NCBI GenBank assembly: GCA_040753755.1
Contig: JBFMDB010000017.1
Coordinates: forward strand, 9,729 to 73,728
Direction of reading: 5' to 3'
DNA from: Chloroflexota bacterium
Lineage (GTDB): Bacteria; Chloroflexota; Anaerolineae; Anaerolineales; Villigracilaceae
Length of the DNA stretch: 64,000 nucleotides
Shown here: positions 62,891 through 64,000 of the stretch, one piece after another
Numbering within the stretch: the stretch's first letter is position 1
How the letters are laid out: every line of letters starts with the position of its first letter
The notes under the pieces: generated by a model
Seen by the model: only the letters and a program-made list of their open reading frames with translations
The model's database searches: none
Told to the model about the DNA's origin: nothing
Translations under genes and position numbers: made by a program

Positions 62891-63033
62891 CAGCGGGCGA
62901 CCTGACTTATTAGTCTGACAGTCCTTTGGTTGTTGGTCGGGCGGTCTGACTACTCGACTAACAAACGATTTGACTACATGACTACTTCACAGTTGCGGGA
63001 CAGCGCCAGATTTCCACTGGTCTTCGCCGCTGG
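62891..63033 (-). promoter_or_regulatory. Cobalamin (B12) riboswitch aptamer
   Basis: Minus strand CCAGCGGCGAAGACCAGTGGAAATCTGGCGCTGTCCCGCAACTGTGA matches the conserved GGGAA/CCxGTGxAAxTCxGGxGCTGxCCCGCAACTGT core as recalled. AAGTCAGGTCGCCCGCTG is B12-box-like and closes P1 (CAGCGG/CCGCTG). Confidence 0.75.
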
Positions 63034-63313
63034 CTGATCGTATGAAACTTTGCCAATTGTACTACCGCCCCATTCGTTGGGCAAGAATTTGTCAAAACTT
63101 TTTGTTTTGATTTTTTCCAAAAGGGCTAAAAAGGCGAGGGCTCATGTGTAATCCGTGTGCGGACGTTAGAGAACGTCCGCTGCGCGCCGCCGTGGACGCG
63201 TAAGAGACGCTCTCTAGCGTCGGGCGCACTTACACTACACATGAGCCAAGGCGAGGACAATTTGAGGATCAAAATGTTTGCCGCTTTGCTCTTTAATAAC
63301 TGATGTTACGCAC

Positions 63314-63363
63314 CGTCCCGAAGGTTGGAGCGAAAACCGAGGCTGGATTAAACCTTCGGGGCG
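63314..63363. repeat. CGTCCCGAAGG-family hairpin
   Basis: CGTCCCGAAGGTT (63314-63326) and AACCTTCGGGGCG (63351-63363); one G-U position, 24-nt loop. Just downstream of the peroxidase gene stop. Confidence 0.75.
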
Positions 63364-63372
63364 TTTTGGTCG

Positions 63373-64000
63373 CTACGGCGCCTGCAACAACGCTTGCGGG
63401 GCATCCACGCCGCCGCTCAGAGCGCGCAGGAAAGCGATGATCTGCGCCATTTCAGTTTGCGTCAGCCCCAGCGGTTCCAACTCATTGTGACCGACGGGCG
63501 AAACGGGCGGATGGTTGTAATGCGCCAACACGTCTTCCAGCGTTGCGAATTGTCCCGCGTGCATGTAGGGCGCGGTCTCGGCGATATTGCGAAGCGTGGG
63601 CGGTTTGAACGCGCCTTCGAGTTGTTCGCCTTCGGATGTGACGAAGCGCAGTTCGGCGCAGTCGTTTTCGCCCGCGTCGCTCCATTGGCTGAGGCAGTTG
63701 AATTCATCGGCGAGAACTTTCAATACGCCAGACGCGCGTCCGTCATCGAGTTCCAAGCCCTGCGCGGTGGGAACGCCTGTATTGTGAAAGTCGTTGTTTG
63801 TAAACAGCGGACCGTTATGACACTTGATACAGTCCGCCCGCCCGATGAATAAACGCAAGCCCGCAACTTCATCATCGGTGAGCGCGGCTTGCATGGCGCT
63901 TTTATCTTCGTTCAACAACGCTTCGACATATTGATCGAAACGCGAAGGCGCGGGCATGATCAGCCGTTCATACGCGGCAATCGCCTTGCCCATATTGACG
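63373..64000 (-). CDS. Di-haem cytochrome c peroxidase/MauG family protein (3' part; gene continues beyond window end)
   Basis: CIKCHNGPLFTNNDFHNTGV haem motif and PTLRNIAETAPYMHAG are typical of bacterial CCP. The reading frame stays open to position 64000. Confidence 0.8.
   Translation of the reverse strand, partial: VNMGKAIAAYERLIMPAPSRFDQYVEALLNEDKSAMQAALTDDEVAGLRLFIGRADCIKCHNGPLFTNNDFHNTGVPTAQGLELDDGRASGVLKVLADEFNCLSQWSDAGENDCAELRFVTSEGEQLEGAFKPPTLRNIAETAPYMHAGQFATLEDVLAHYNHPPVSPVGHNELEPLGLTQTEMAQIIAFLRALSGGVDAPQALLQAP

Noticed and set aside
63121-63250. Nested inverted repeats (ggctcatgtgtaatccgtgtgcg ... gcgcacttacactacacatgagcc, with inner GCGGACGTT-agag-AACGTCCGC), considered as an ncRNA gene
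   Set aside because: It does not fit tRNA or any known RNA family that I can recognise. It most likely belongs to the same class of intergenic palindromic repeats (compare 18262-18330). Kept only as a note.
1-64000. Search for mobile-element genes, prophage, defence systems, toxin-antitoxin pairs, rRNA and tRNA
   Set aside because: No transposase, integrase, phage, restriction, Cas or TA-like ORFs were recognised on either strand, and no tRNA-like cloverleaf. The only signs of mobility are small non-autonomous repeats and the duplicated hydrolase fragment.

Overview
This is a moderately GC-rich bacterial chromosomal segment (GC not computed). All calls come from reading the sequence and recognising motifs from memory; no homology search was run. 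The lipobox style, dispersed palindromic repeats and gene content suggest a Chloroflexota (Anaerolineae-like) organism, but that is inference only.

Gene blocks, left to right:
1. A ttrBCA-ordered molybdoenzyme operon on the minus strand. Its catalytic subunit runs off the window start and is missing from the ORF track.
2. A NarX-type P-box sensor kinase, a NarL-type regulator and an orphan pseudo-receiver. These are followed by a respiratory nitrate reductase operon laid out like Thermus narCGHJIKT: lipoprotein cytochrome c, narG, narH, narJ, narI and two NarK-type MFS transporters. The operon ends with an FmdE-like zinc-ribbon protein.
3. An ~11-kb same-strand run of eight predicted secreted lipoprotein hydrolases (deacetylase-like x2, sulfatase, esterases, beta-propellers, beta-lactamase-fold, SGNH-like).
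4. A thiol-redox-flavoured cluster: a DsbD_2/CcdA-like protein, a methyltransferase and DUF3179, divergent from a TVP38/DedA protein and a CxxxxC flavoprotein disulfide reductase.
5. An SBP + 2 permease + ATPase ABC importer, followed by a DsbA-like protein and a Met-rich membrane protein.
6. A cassette of an alpha/beta hydrolase, an APH-like kinase, a heterodimeric ABC exporter and a split ChrB. It is flanked by a duplicated fragment of the hydrolase 5' end.
7. An IclR-PNPOx fusion regulator with an ATPase-less NMT1/ThiY-type SBP and permease.
8. A cobalamin-riboswitch-led btuFCD-like importer, followed by a full corrinoid salvage and nucleotide-loop gene set (cobO x2, cobT, cobS, cbiZ, cbiB, cobD, cobC, cobQ, cobU).
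9. The 3' part of a di-haem cytochrome c peroxidase gene, which runs off the window end.

I found no rRNA, tRNA, CRISPR array, transposase or integrase. Several dispersed hairpin and palindrome repeat families populate the intergenic spacers, and one family has copies inside a coding region.

I found no recognisable defence or toxin system. The most unusual items are listed under findings.
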